Assembly: GCA_030654225.1 (NCBI GenBank)
Contig: JAURXY010000027.1
Location: forward strand, 1 to 58,980
DNA from: a bacterium
GTDB lineage: Bacteria; Patescibacteriota; Minisyncoccia; Moranbacterales; UBA2206
Reading direction: 5' to 3'
DNA length: 58,980 nt
Below, piece by piece: positions 15,138 to 24,314 of this stretch. Made by a program: the position numbers and the translations under genes. The first letter of the stretch is position 1. The number at the start of each line of letters is the position of its first letter. Below the pieces are notes generated by a model. That model made no database searches, was not told the origin of the DNA, and saw only the letters and a list, made by a program, of their open reading frames with translations.

Positions 15138-17557
15138 TTATCCCGTTTATCCTGATCCGCAACGTTATTTTCATATTCAATACTACCCTCTTCGGCCACG
15201 CCATAAACTTCACGAGGCTTGGCGCCATCAGCTGGTCCAATCACTCCCTTTTCTTCCAATATATCCAGGATTCTCGCAGCGCGCGCATAACCAATTCTAA
15301 ATCTTCTTTGTAAAAATGAAGCACTGGCTTTTTTTGCGCGCTTTATCTCTTCTTCAATTTGTTTCAAAAGTTCATCATCTTCTCCACTGCCTTCCTCCAT
15401 TTTGAAATCGGTAATTTCCTTATTTAATTTTTCTGTGATATCTTGCTCGTCTTCTTTTTCCCCGCCTGCCTCGTTATGCGAAGCATTACGGGCAGGTTTT
15501 TTGTCCTCCTTCTTTTGTGAGATGATAAATTTCACCACTTTTTTCACTTCTGATTCGCTCACAAAAACTCCTTGGATTCTTTTTGGTTTTGGAGAGCTCG
15601 CACTCAGATAGAGCATGTCTCCATTGCCCAAAAGTTTTTCTGCCCCACCCATATCCAAGATAGTTCGTGAATCAATTTGAGTGGCCACCTGAAAGGCAAT
15701 TCTTGTTGTGATATTAGCTTTGATAAGCCCTGTGATAACTTCCACAGATGGACGCTGAGTTGAAACAATCAAATGAATGCCCACAGCGCGCGCCATCTGA
15801 GCAATGCGCACAATTGCCCCTTCCACTTCTTTGCCGTGACTACCCATAAGATCGGCTAGTTCATCAATCACAATGACAATATATGGCAAAGCTTTCAATT
15901 CTTCTTCGCTAGTTTCATTAGTTTCTGGATTAGTGTGTTTTATCTTATAGCCTGATTTGAGTTTTTCTCGATACGAACTGATGTCTCTAGAACCAGCATC
16001 TTGGAGCATTCGATATCTTCTTTCCATTTCTCCCACCGCCCATTTCAAAGCATTGACCACTTTGCTATTTTCCACCACCACCTCAGTTAGGAGATGCGGG
16101 ATACCATTATAAAGTGAAAGCTCTACTCGCTTTGGATCAACCATAATAAATTTCAAATCTTCCGGCGAATTTTGGTAGAGTAAAGTTGTGATCACGGAAT
16201 TTATCGAAACTGATTTTCCTGTGCCAGTGGCTCCCGCAATCATGAGATGGGGCATCTTGGCTAAATCGCCAAAAACACAATTTCCACTCACGTCCTCTCC
16301 CAGTGCCACCATCAAATTAGAAGTTCTCTTTTTGAATTGTGGTTCTTCGATCATATCACGAAGTCTCACGATCAGTGAAATTTTGTTAGGAATCTCAATG
16401 CCAATTAAGGATTGTCCAGGGATCGGCGCTTCAATTCGAATTGGATGAGCAGCCAGCGCCAGTGATAAATCGTTTTGCAAAGCCAAAATTTTGGCAATTT
16501 TCACTCCCACTGCCGGACGAAAACTATATTGCGTCACTGACGGACCAATTTTGACAGTGCCTCTCTCCACTTGAATGCCAAAATCATGCAGGGTTTTTTC
16601 AATAATGGCAAAATTAGCTTCCACATCTCCACCTTGCGCCTCGCCATAAGTTTTTTCCAACATCTCCGCTGGCGGAAAAACCCATTTGGAATTTTTTGAA
16701 ATTTTTGGAAAAGTAAATTCCTTGGTCGGCGCTTCCAAATCCAATGATCGTCTTTCCATTATTTTTTTGGAGTTTATTTGCCCCTCAATTTCATCTTCAA
16801 TTTTCGACGACACGAATTGATCGCGTCCTTCCACGAATTCAATTTTCCCGATATTTTTTTCGATTTCCGTTTCTTGTGAAATTTTTTCTGTGTCGTTCTG
16901 TTTTATCTCTGTGTTATTCTGTTTTTCTAACTCTGTGTCGTTCTGTATCATTTCTGCGTTATTCTGCGTTTTAATTTCTTCTGTGTCATTTTGTGTTTCT
17001 TCTTGTTTTTTAAATTTCAAAAAGAAATGCACAATGGAAAAATTGAAAGTCAAAATTATCCCTAACATAAAAATAGCCAACAGCACCACGAGACTTCCGG
17101 CTGAGCCTAAATATTTTGCCAAAAAATGACTCAAACCATAACCGATGTACCCTCCACCCTTGCCTTTGCCAGCCATTTTTAGCATTTCCTCGGCTAGATA
17201 AAACCAATGAAAGATTCCCGCAATACTAAGCAGAGAAACTAAAAGGCCGATAAACTTCGTCACATAAAAGGCCGTTTCTCGACGAAGTAACAAGACTATG
17301 CCTGCAAAAATCAAGGAGATTGGAAAAATAAATTTCACATAACCGATTGAATAGCCAATCATCTTATTGAGAAATTGCCCAAAAGATCCGGCCGCATTAA
17401 AAAAGCCCAAAATGGAAAGCACTGCCAACGCAAAAAGAACTACGGCCACCGCGCTTCTTTTGGCGTCCCCTTTGAGATTAATCCTCGGCTTTCTTTCCTG
17501 CTCTTTTTCCCCCGAATTATCCCCTTCCTTATTCTTATTTTTTTTATGTCTTCCCAT
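15125..17557 (-). CDS. ftsK: DNA translocase FtsK/SpoIIIE
   Basis: N-terminal TM helices, the motor domain with GATGTGKS Walker A, and a C-terminal gamma wHTH (ASFLQRRFRIGYARAARILD). Confidence 0.95.
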   Translation of the reverse strand: MGRHKKNKNKEGDNSGEKEQERKPRINLKGDAKRSAVAVVLFALAVLSILGFFNAAGSFGQFLNKMIGYSIGYVKFIFPISLIFAGIVLLLRRETAFYVTKFIGLLVSLLSIAGIFHWFYLAEEMLKMAGKGKGGGYIGYGLSHFLAKYLGSAGSLVVLLAIFMLGIILTFNFSIVHFFLKFKKQEETQNDTEEIKTQNNAEMIQNDTELEKQNNTEIKQNDTEKISQETEIEKNIGKIEFVEGRDQFVSSKIEDEIEGQINSKKIMERRSLDLEAPTKEFTFPKISKNSKWVFPPAEMLEKTYGEAQGGDVEANFAIIEKTLHDFGIQVERGTVKIGPSVTQYSFRPAVGVKIAKILALQNDLSLALAAHPIRIEAPIPGQSLIGIEIPNKISLIVRLRDMIEEPQFKKRTSNLMVALGEDVSGNCVFGDLAKMPHLMIAGATGTGKSVSINSVITTLLYQNSPEDLKFIMVDPKRVELSLYNGIPHLLTEVVVENSKVVNALKWAVGEMERRYRMLQDAGSRDISSYREKLKSGYKIKHTNPETNETSEEELKALPYIVIVIDELADLMGSHGKEVEGAIVRIAQMARAVGIHLIVSTQRPSVEVITGLIKANITTRIAFQVATQIDSRTILDMGGAEKLLGNGDMLYLSASSPKPKRIQGVFVSESEVKKVVKFIISQKKEDKKPARNASHNEAGGEKEDEQDITEKLNKEITDFKMEEGSGEDDELLKQIEEEIKRAKKASASFLQRRFRIGYARAARILDILEEKGVIGPADGAKPREVYGVAEEGSIEYENNVADQDKRDKWEI
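15462..15497. repeat. 36-nt GC-rich palindromic element inserted in frame in ftsK
   Basis: CCGCCTGCCTCGTTATGCGAAGCATTACGGGCAGGT encodes [13 protein letters not shown]. 32 of 36 nt are identical to 47612-47647. Confidence 0.8.
16886..17005. repeat. degenerate roughly 22-24-nt tandem array of the word TCTGTGTC(A/G)TTCTGT inside the ftsK linker
   Basis: Encodes TQNDTEEIKTQNNAEMIQNDTELEKQNNTEIKQNDTEKI. Confidence 0.75.
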
Positions 17558-17606
17558 ATAAATCTATTCTACCACAAAATTTGAAAATCAAAAAACGCTC
17601 CTAAAA

Positions 17607-18749
17607 TTAATCCTTGCGACCCACAAATTCAAAATAATTTTCTTTATTAATTATTTCAAAAGAAGAATTTTCATAATTTTTCGACCATTCCGCTGGAGCC
17701 TTAACTTGCTTTTTTTTCCATTTCATTTCATAGCCAAAAAGTTTTCCGTCCTGTTCTTCTATAAAATCTATTTCTTGTTGATCATAAGTTCGCCAAAAAT
17801 ATTTATTTGGACGCAATTTTCGATGAGAATTTCTTTTTATTCTTTCTATGATAAGAAAATTTTCCCAAAGTGCGCCCGTGTCATTTCGAAGCGACAATAA
17901 ATTAAAATTTTGAATCAAGCTATTTCTAATTCCCAAATCATAAAAATAAATTTTAACAGATTTTGAGATTTCTTTCCGCATATTCCGGCTAAAAGCTTTC
18001 AGCGTAAAAACTATAAAAGACTGTTCTAAAATATCAATATATTTTTGCACTGTGAGCCGGCTTATTCCTAGATTTTTCGCCAATTCAGTATAGGAGACTT
18101 CTTGTCCAAGTTGAAGCGCCAAAAGCTTCAAAAGATTTTCAATCACGCTGGATTTATTAATTCCTTCAAAGGCTAAAATATCTTTATATAAATAATTCGA
18201 AACAATTTCATCCGCTCTTTCTTTTATACTATCCTCATTTTCCGCTAAAAAAACTTCCGGATAAGTTCCAAAGCGCATAATATTTTCCAATTTGCCGTCT
18301 ATTTCAAATCGATTATATTCTTGTTCCAATTCAATAATTGAAAAAGGATACAGCGTAAATCTTTTGGCTCTTCCCGTCATTGGTTCGCTAGTTTTATTCG
18401 CCATTTCAAAACTTGACGAACCAGTAGCGATAATTTGAATTTCCAGGCAATGATCCACCAAAATTTTCAATATCGTTCCAGCATTGGACATTTTTTGCAT
18501 TTCATCCAGAACTACCAATTTATATCTTCCTAGATATGATTTTAGCCGGTTTACTTCGGGAATTTCAAGATTTTGCCTCACGCTGAGCAATTCACAATCA
18601 AAATAATTAGCTTCTTCACCGTATTTTTCGATTATTTGCTTAGCTAGGGTCGTTTTTCCCACCTGCCTAGCGCCGTAAATAATAATAGCTTTGCCCTTAA
18701 AAAGCTCCGCTTCTATTTGTTTTTGGGCTATTCTTGAGATTATTTGCAT
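17607..18749 (-). CDS. AAA-family ATPase with a DUF4143-type C-terminus (paralog 1)
   Basis: IIYGARQVGKTTL Walker A and VVLDEMQ Walker B. Collinear with 49960-51087 and 42993-44171. Confidence 0.8.
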   Translation of the reverse strand: MQIISRIAQKQIEAELFKGKAIIIYGARQVGKTTLAKQIIEKYGEEANYFDCELLSVRQNLEIPEVNRLKSYLGRYKLVVLDEMQKMSNAGTILKILVDHCLEIQIIATGSSSFEMANKTSEPMTGRAKRFTLYPFSIIELEQEYNRFEIDGKLENIMRFGTYPEVFLAENEDSIKERADEIVSNYLYKDILAFEGINKSSVIENLLKLLALQLGQEVSYTELAKNLGISRLTVQKYIDILEQSFIVFTLKAFSRNMRKEISKSVKIYFYDLGIRNSLIQNFNLLSLRNDTGALWENFLIIERIKRNSHRKLRPNKYFWRTYDQQEIDFIEEQDGKLFGYEMKWKKKQVKAPAEWSKNYENSSFEIINKENYFEFVGRKD

Positions 18750-18780
18750 AATTTTGCCTAAATTTGTTATTATACTTACA

Positions 18781-18809
18781 ATTTTAGGCTAAATTTTGAT
18801 ATTTGTCAA
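18781..18809 (-). promoter_or_regulatory. sigma70-like promoter of ATPase paralog 1
   Basis: TTGACA 18804-18809, N17, TAAAAT 18781-18786. A degenerate second copy of the 35-nt block lies at 18889-18921. Confidence 0.55.
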
Positions 18810-19021
18810 GCACCGTCCAAGTTTCCTAAAGTGAAGCTTTGGGATGAATAATTCATAAAATTAGTATAAATTATGTGATTACATTCTCAATTTTAAGCTG
18901 AATTTTGATATTTGTCGGTGCTATCTTTTAGCACAAAATCAAAAACACCTACCTCTTATGTATAAAAAGACACGCCATTTCCAATTGGACACGGCGTGTC
19001 TAGAAACCAACTTCTAATCTC

Positions 19022-19246
19022 TTAAAGCTTTTCTCTCACTTCCTTTAATTTCTCCTCTTCTTCTGTCATTTTCTTAAGATCAGCAAAATTCTGGTTAAAT
19101 GACTCTATCCAATTATTCAACTCTCTTAGAAATTCTAATTTTTCTTGAGGGCTCATTTTTGATTCAGCTTCTTCCAAAGCTTTGTCAATCTCTTTTTTTA
19201 TTTTTTCTTGATCTAAATTATTATCCATATTTTTTTTAATTTTCAA
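19022..19246 (-). CDS. hypothetical coiled-coil protein (74 aa)
   Basis: ORF track. Followed by a terminator at 18962-19001. Confidence 0.45.
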   Translation of the reverse strand: MKIKKNMDNNLDQEKIKKEIDKALEEAESKMSPQEKLEFLRELNNWIESFNQNFADLKKMTEEEEKLKEVREKL

Positions 19247-19281
19247 TTATTACTAAGCCAAAAATTTTCTAGTATCCAAAA

Positions 19282-19890
19282 TTATTTACCCGAAGACGCT
19301 CCTTCTATATCCTGAGATAAATTAAATTTCGCACCACCCACTGCTGCTCTCTTTCTAGAAATTTCTTCAAATTTACCAGTAATATAACCCATCGCACCAG
19401 CTACTGCGCTAAGACCACCAATCGAATATAAAATAGCTCCACCACCATCAGGACCAGCATCCATGCCCATATAAGTCATCAAAGCGCTCATAGAAATTCC
19501 CACCGCACCAATAACTTTCATTAGTTTGTCGCTATTGATATCTTTCATCTTAGCATTTAACTTTTCACTATTTAATAATTTTATTCTATCCAATAGTTGC
19601 GGGCTATCTTCAAAATTTTTCATCATTTGAGTTTTATTTTTGAAAAGCCTTTCAAATTCTTCCTTAATTTCCGGATTAAGTCTTTTTTCATTTTCCTCAT
19701 CCTCTGAAACTTGACTGAGTTCAGTAGCATCATAATTTCGCGGATCTTTCTCATATGATTCCGCTGATTTTTTATCCACACCAGCTCGATAATCCTTCAC
19801 TCCTTTTTGATGAGATAGATATGCCAAGTCCCCTTCTAACTTCGAGTCAGGCTCTTGACTTGTTGATGATTTTTTAAAACTTTCAAACAT
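19282..19890 (-). CDS. hypothetical protein with a Gly-rich C-terminal membrane segment
   Basis: ORF track. The hydrophobic stretch is VIGAVGISMSALMTYMGMDAGPDGGGAILYSIGGLSAVAGAMGYI. Confidence 0.55.
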   Translation of the reverse strand: MFESFKKSSTSQEPDSKLEGDLAYLSHQKGVKDYRAGVDKKSAESYEKDPRNYDATELSQVSEDEENEKRLNPEIKEEFERLFKNKTQMMKNFEDSPQLLDRIKLLNSEKLNAKMKDINSDKLMKVIGAVGISMSALMTYMGMDAGPDGGGAILYSIGGLSAVAGAMGYITGKFEEISRKRAAVGGAKFNLSQDIEGASSGK

Positions 19891-19921
19891 ATTTTTTATT
19901 TCCCTTAATAATTACATCCGT

Positions 19922-19953
19922 ATTATACCCCCCCCCCCAGCAACAATCGTCAA
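19922..19953 (-). promoter_or_regulatory. promoter with a G11 homopolymer in the spacer
   Basis: TTGACG 19948-19953, a 20-nt spacer (ATTGTTGCT plus G11 at 19928-19938), then TATAAT 19922-19927, 31 nt upstream of the ATG at 19890. Confidence 0.55.
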
Positions 19954-20037
19954 ATCAAAAAAACGCCTCATATTTCCCGAAGCGTTTTTTGTATTGTATT
20001 CAAGGTAGAGACGAGGCAGTGCCTCGTCTCTACAATT

Positions 20038-20319
20038 TTATATCTTCAAATCCGAATATTCCCGCAAAGTTTTAAGCGTTGCTTGGACAGTTTCATTTTC
20101 GGTATTGAGCAGTTTCACATTTTTGAATTTTTCAGCGATTTCAAAAAGAACTTCCTTTGCCCAAGAAGGAGCGAGTGCCTTTACTCCAGAAAAATCCAAC
20201 TCAATCAACTCATCTGATGGTATATTTTTCAGTAAATCTGATTGCATAGTTAAAAAAGCTCTTTGCCCATCCGAAGGAGATAATAATAATTCACCGAATT
20301 TTTTAATTTCAATTCTCAT
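20038..20319 (-). CDS. STAS-like (DUF4325-type) small protein
   Basis: The pattern ...IELDFSGVKALAPSWAKEVLFEI resembles STAS-like DUF4325 proteins. Recognised from memory only. Confidence 0.5.
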   Translation of the reverse strand: MRIEIKKFGELLLSPSDGQRAFLTMQSDLLKNIPSDELIELDFSGVKALAPSWAKEVLFEIAEKFKNVKLLNTENETVQATLKTLREYSDLKI

Positions 20320-20433
20320 ACGCTAATTTTTCTTGTGAATTTTCCGTAGTTTAATTGTAGCCTATTTTGACACTAAAAGTCAAAAATCAAAAAACGCCTC
20401 AGATTTTTTACAGCGTTTATATCAAATCAAATC

Positions 20434-20572
20434 GCGGACAGTCCGCAATTTAGCGGACTGTCCGCTGAGATATACTAAACCATAATGAGGGTGAGTATTC
20501 ACCTGTCAATACTCACCCCCTCTAAAGTCTCCTAACGCTTCACTTTAGGAGACACTAAACTTTATAAAGTTT
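20434..20572. repeat. string of four strong hairpins/palindromes downstream of rpoC
   Basis: GCGGACAGTCCGC-N6-GCGGACTGTCCGC; GAGGGTGAGTAT..ATACTCACCCCCTC; GTCTCCTAA..TTAGGAGAC; AAACTTTATAAAGTTT. Confidence 0.7.
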
Positions 20573-20601
20573 GTCAATATTTAAAGATTTTATAAAGTTT
20601 C

Positions 20602-20634
20602 AAAAAACGCCTCGGATTTCCCAAGGCGTTTTTT
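20602..20634 (-). terminator. rpoC terminator (member of the AAAAAACGCC...GGCGTTTTTT family)
   Basis: Hairpin AACGCCT(TGG)...(CCG)AGGCGTT with T6. Similar units lie at 19955-19990 and 42816-42849. Confidence 0.75.
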
Positions 20635-20651
20635 GTATTCTACAAAATAAT

Positions 20652-23600
20652 TTATTTCCTATACCCCGTCCCCGCTGGAATTAGTTTTCCGATGATCACG
20701 TTTTCTTTGAGACCTCGCAGTTTATCTTGCTTGCCTTGTGAGGCAGCGTTAATCAGAACTCGAGCGGTTTCTTGGAAAGAAGCTGCGGAGAGGAAACTAT
20801 CAGTTGAAAGAGCCACTTTAGTGATGCCCAAGAGCATTTTTTCACCTAGCGCTTTTTCTCCTCCTGCTTTTTTGATTTCGGCATTGGCTTCCAAAAATTC
20901 ATCTTGTTCCAAGATATCTCCCACAGAGAAATCTGCGTCTCCGGAAGAAGTCACGGTCACGCGACTAAACATCTGACGGATAATTGATTCAATGTGTTTG
21001 TCGTTGATGCCTTCACCTTGCGCTGCATACACTTCCTGAATTTCTCGAATGATATAGCGATAGACTTCTTCCCAGCCCATTGTTTTGTAAAGTTTTTTAA
21101 GATCAATGTGACCCTCGGAGAGTTGTGTTCCCATGCCGATTATTTCACCTTCAGTTACTTTCAAAGTACTGCCAGTTGGAATTTGATATTCTTTGATAGT
21201 TTTTTGTTTGTCCTCAGCTTCAATCTTGACCACAAAATTCTTATCTTGTTTTTCAATGGCCAAAACTTTTCCATTAACTTCTGAAATAATCGCTTCACCT
21301 TTTGGTGGACGAGCTTCAAAAATTTCTTCCACCCGAGGCAAACCTTGAGTAATGTCAGATCCTGCAATACCTCCAATATGGAAAGTACGCATAGTTAGCT
21401 GTGTTCCTGGCTCACCAATGGCTTGCGCGGCCACAATTCCCACAGCTTGACCAATTTCCACTACATTACCTCTACCAAGGTCAGTGCCATAACATTTTTG
21501 GCAGACTCCTCGCGGAGTTTTGCAAGTGACCACTGTTCTAATTTTGACTTTAGCAAGACCAGCTTTCTCAATTTTTTCTCCTTGCTCTTTGGTAACTAAA
21601 TTATCTTTTTCTACGATAACTTCACCAGTTTTTGGATCAATGGCATCTTCAGTGAGCACTCGGCCAGTGACACGACTTCCAAAGCTTTGTCCGATTCGAT
21701 CAGAATCTTCCTTGAAAATGAAAGCCCCACCTTTGTCTTTGCAATCAGCTTCACGAACAATGATATCTTGCGCCACATCCACCAGTCTTCGAGTCAAATA
21801 TCCAGCCGTGGCTGTTCGAAGAGCAGTGTCGGCCATACCTTTTCTCGCTCCATGAGTCGAAATGAAATATTCCAACACATTCAAGCCTTCTTTGAAACAA
21901 CTCTTAATTGGAAGTTCAATAGTTTCACCAGTTGGTCCCGCCATCAGTCCTTTCATTCCGCACATCTGCACAACCACTGATTCAGACCCTCGAGCCTTGG
22001 AATAAACCATTGAATAAACTGGTCCTTCTTTGTCCATCGAAGAACGCACCGCATCTGTGATTTTGTTTTTAGCATCATTCCAAATTTCAATAACTTTATT
22101 TTTTCTTTCTTCTTCAGTGAGAAGTCCCATATTAAATTGCTTCTTGACCACTTCCACTTTTTCCTCAGCATTGTCCATGATTTCTTTTTTGTTAGTTGGA
22201 ACGGACAAATCTTTCATACCCCAACTGATACCAGATTTAGTGACAGATCGGAAACCTAAATTTTTGATTTCATCCACGAAGATTGCGGCCGCTTCTCGCC
22301 CTGAAACTTCCAAAACTTTCGCCACTAAAAATTTCAATTCTTTCTTGGTCATTTCTTCGTTGAGGAAATCAATTTCTTTTGGGATAATCAAATTTAATTT
22401 TATCCTTCCCACGGAAGTCTCAAGTAATTTTCCTTCATGCGCTACTTTTATCTTCGCTCGCACATCAACGTGTCCAAGCTCAGTGGCTAAAATGGCTTCA
22501 TCGAAATTGGAAAATATTTTTCCTTCCCCCTTGGCACCGGCCAAAATATGGGTAATGTAATAGCAACCCAAAACCATATCCAAAGTTGGAGTAGTAATTG
22601 GCTCTCCACTGGCTGGTTTCAAAAGATTTCGAGATGACAACATTAAATGTTCTGATTCCCAACGAGCTTTGTCAGTCAAGGGAACATGCACTGCCATCTG
22701 GTCACCGTCGAAGTCAGCGTTGAAAGCTGAACAAACCATTGGATGAATTTGAATCGCCTTGCCTTCAATCAGCACCGGTTGGAAAGCTTGGATTGAAAGA
22801 CGATGCAAGGTTGGAGCACGGTTAAGAAGCACATAGTGATGGGAAATTATTTCGTCCAAAATGTCATACGCTTCTTCCGTTTCACCTTCCACCATTTTTC
22901 CTGCGCTTCGAACATTGTAGGCCAATTCTCTTTCGATTAATTTGTTGATAATAAAAGGTTTGAAAAGTTCCAGCGCCATTTTCTTTGGCAATCCGCATTG
23001 ATGCAATTTCAGATTTGGCCCAACCACAATTACGCTTCGTCCGGAATAGTCCACTCGTTTTCCAAGTAGATTTTGACGGAAACGTCCTTGCTTGCCTTTT
23101 AAAGTATCAGCCAAAGATCGTAGTGGTCGTCTTTGCCCAGTCGAAGCAGCCACACTCACCTGAGAGCGTCTAGCGCTATTGTCAAAAAGAGCATCCACCG
23201 CTTCCTGAAGCATTCTTTTTTCATTTCGGGTGATAACTTCCGGTGCACCAATCTCAATGAGTTTTTTCAAACGATTATTACGATTGATGATTCTTCGATA
23301 AAGATCATTGAGATCACTTGTGGCATAACGTCCACCGTCCAAGGCTACCATCGGTCGAAGGTCTGGCGGAATAACAGGAATGATTGTCGGAAGCATCCAT
23401 TCAAGTTTCATGTCGGCTTTCAAAAATCCTTGAAACAATTTTATCCTTTTGAGAATTTTTTTCTTATCTTGATTTTCATCATCAGTCAAAGTTTTTTTCA
23501 AAGTTTCAATTTCAGTTTTTGGATCCATGTTACACAAAATATTTCTCACTGCTTCTGCTCCAATGCCGGCAGAAAAAACCTGCGCATATTTGGTGGATAA

Positions 23601-24236
23601 ATTGAAATATTCTATTTCAGAAATTATTTGCAGTTTTTGCAAACTTTTCAATTCTTCTTTGGAAGAACGGTAGATATTTTTCAACTCTTCTTGTTTTTCC
23701 AAACCTTCTTTGGTGTCAGAGGAAAAATTCTTGGCAATTTCTTTTTGCTTATTTTTGAATTCTTGTTCCAATTGCACCAAAACTTTTTCTCTTTCTTGCT
23801 CGTCCACATTAAAAACTATATAGCTTGAGAAATAAACAATTTTTTCCAAATCCATTACTCCCATTCCAAGCGCCAAACCAATCTTGGAAGGTACACCTCG
23901 CAAAAACCAAATATGAGAAACTGGCACAGCAAGTTTGATGTGTCCCATTCGTTCGCGTCTCACAATTGAGCGTGTCACTTCCACACCACACTTGTCGCAA
24001 ACGATACCTTTGTAGCGAATTCTTTTATATTTTCCACAATAACATTCCCAGTCCTTAGAAGGTCCAAAAATCTTTTCATCAAAAAGACCTTCGCGCTCAT
24101 AGCGCTGAGTTCGATAGTTTATTGTCTCCGGCTTGGTGACTTCACCATGTGACCAATCCAAGAAATTTTCTGGACTAGCAATGGAGAGTCTCACGCTGTT
24201 AAAGTCACTTATTTTGGTTGTAGAGAATGAATCCAT
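20652..24236 (-). CDS. rpoC: DNA-directed RNA polymerase subunit beta'
   Basis: Zinc finger CYCGKYK...CDKCGVEV and the NADFDGDQMAVH catalytic motif. Confidence 0.98.
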   Translation of the reverse strand: MDSFSTTKISDFNSVRLSIASPENFLDWSHGEVTKPETINYRTQRYEREGLFDEKIFGPSKDWECYCGKYKRIRYKGIVCDKCGVEVTRSIVRRERMGHIKLAVPVSHIWFLRGVPSKIGLALGMGVMDLEKIVYFSSYIVFNVDEQEREKVLVQLEQEFKNKQKEIAKNFSSDTKEGLEKQEELKNIYRSSKEELKSLQKLQIISEIEYFNLSTKYAQVFSAGIGAEAVRNILCNMDPKTEIETLKKTLTDDENQDKKKILKRIKLFQGFLKADMKLEWMLPTIIPVIPPDLRPMVALDGGRYATSDLNDLYRRIINRNNRLKKLIEIGAPEVITRNEKRMLQEAVDALFDNSARRSQVSVAASTGQRRPLRSLADTLKGKQGRFRQNLLGKRVDYSGRSVIVVGPNLKLHQCGLPKKMALELFKPFIINKLIERELAYNVRSAGKMVEGETEEAYDILDEIISHHYVLLNRAPTLHRLSIQAFQPVLIEGKAIQIHPMVCSAFNADFDGDQMAVHVPLTDKARWESEHLMLSSRNLLKPASGEPITTPTLDMVLGCYYITHILAGAKGEGKIFSNFDEAILATELGHVDVRAKIKVAHEGKLLETSVGRIKLNLIIPKEIDFLNEEMTKKELKFLVAKVLEVSGREAAAIFVDEIKNLGFRSVTKSGISWGMKDLSVPTNKKEIMDNAEEKVEVVKKQFNMGLLTEEERKNKVIEIWNDAKNKITDAVRSSMDKEGPVYSMVYSKARGSESVVVQMCGMKGLMAGPTGETIELPIKSCFKEGLNVLEYFISTHGARKGMADTALRTATAGYLTRRLVDVAQDIIVREADCKDKGGAFIFKEDSDRIGQSFGSRVTGRVLTEDAIDPKTGEVIVEKDNLVTKEQGEKIEKAGLAKVKIRTVVTCKTPRGVCQKCYGTDLGRGNVVEIGQAVGIVAAQAIGEPGTQLTMRTFHIGGIAGSDITQGLPRVEEIFEARPPKGEAIISEVNGKVLAIEKQDKNFVVKIEAEDKQKTIKEYQIPTGSTLKVTEGEIIGMGTQLSEGHIDLKKLYKTMGWEEVYRYIIREIQEVYAAQGEGINDKHIESIIRQMFSRVTVTSSGDADFSVGDILEQDEFLEANAEIKKAGGEKALGEKMLLGITKVALSTDSFLSAASFQETARVLINAASQGKQDKLRGLKENVIIGKLIPAGTGYRK

Positions 24237-24314
24237 GTAAATTAAGTATCTCGTCTTGCGTCAATTATATATAATTAACGCTAGATTCGAATAAATTGAT
24301 AATTTATACTATTT

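Noticed and set aside
16886-17005. Tandem repeats as a possible CRISPR array or minisatellite locus
   Set aside because: The units are degenerate, variable in length (22-26 nt), lack spacers, and lie in frame inside ftsK. No cas genes are in the window.
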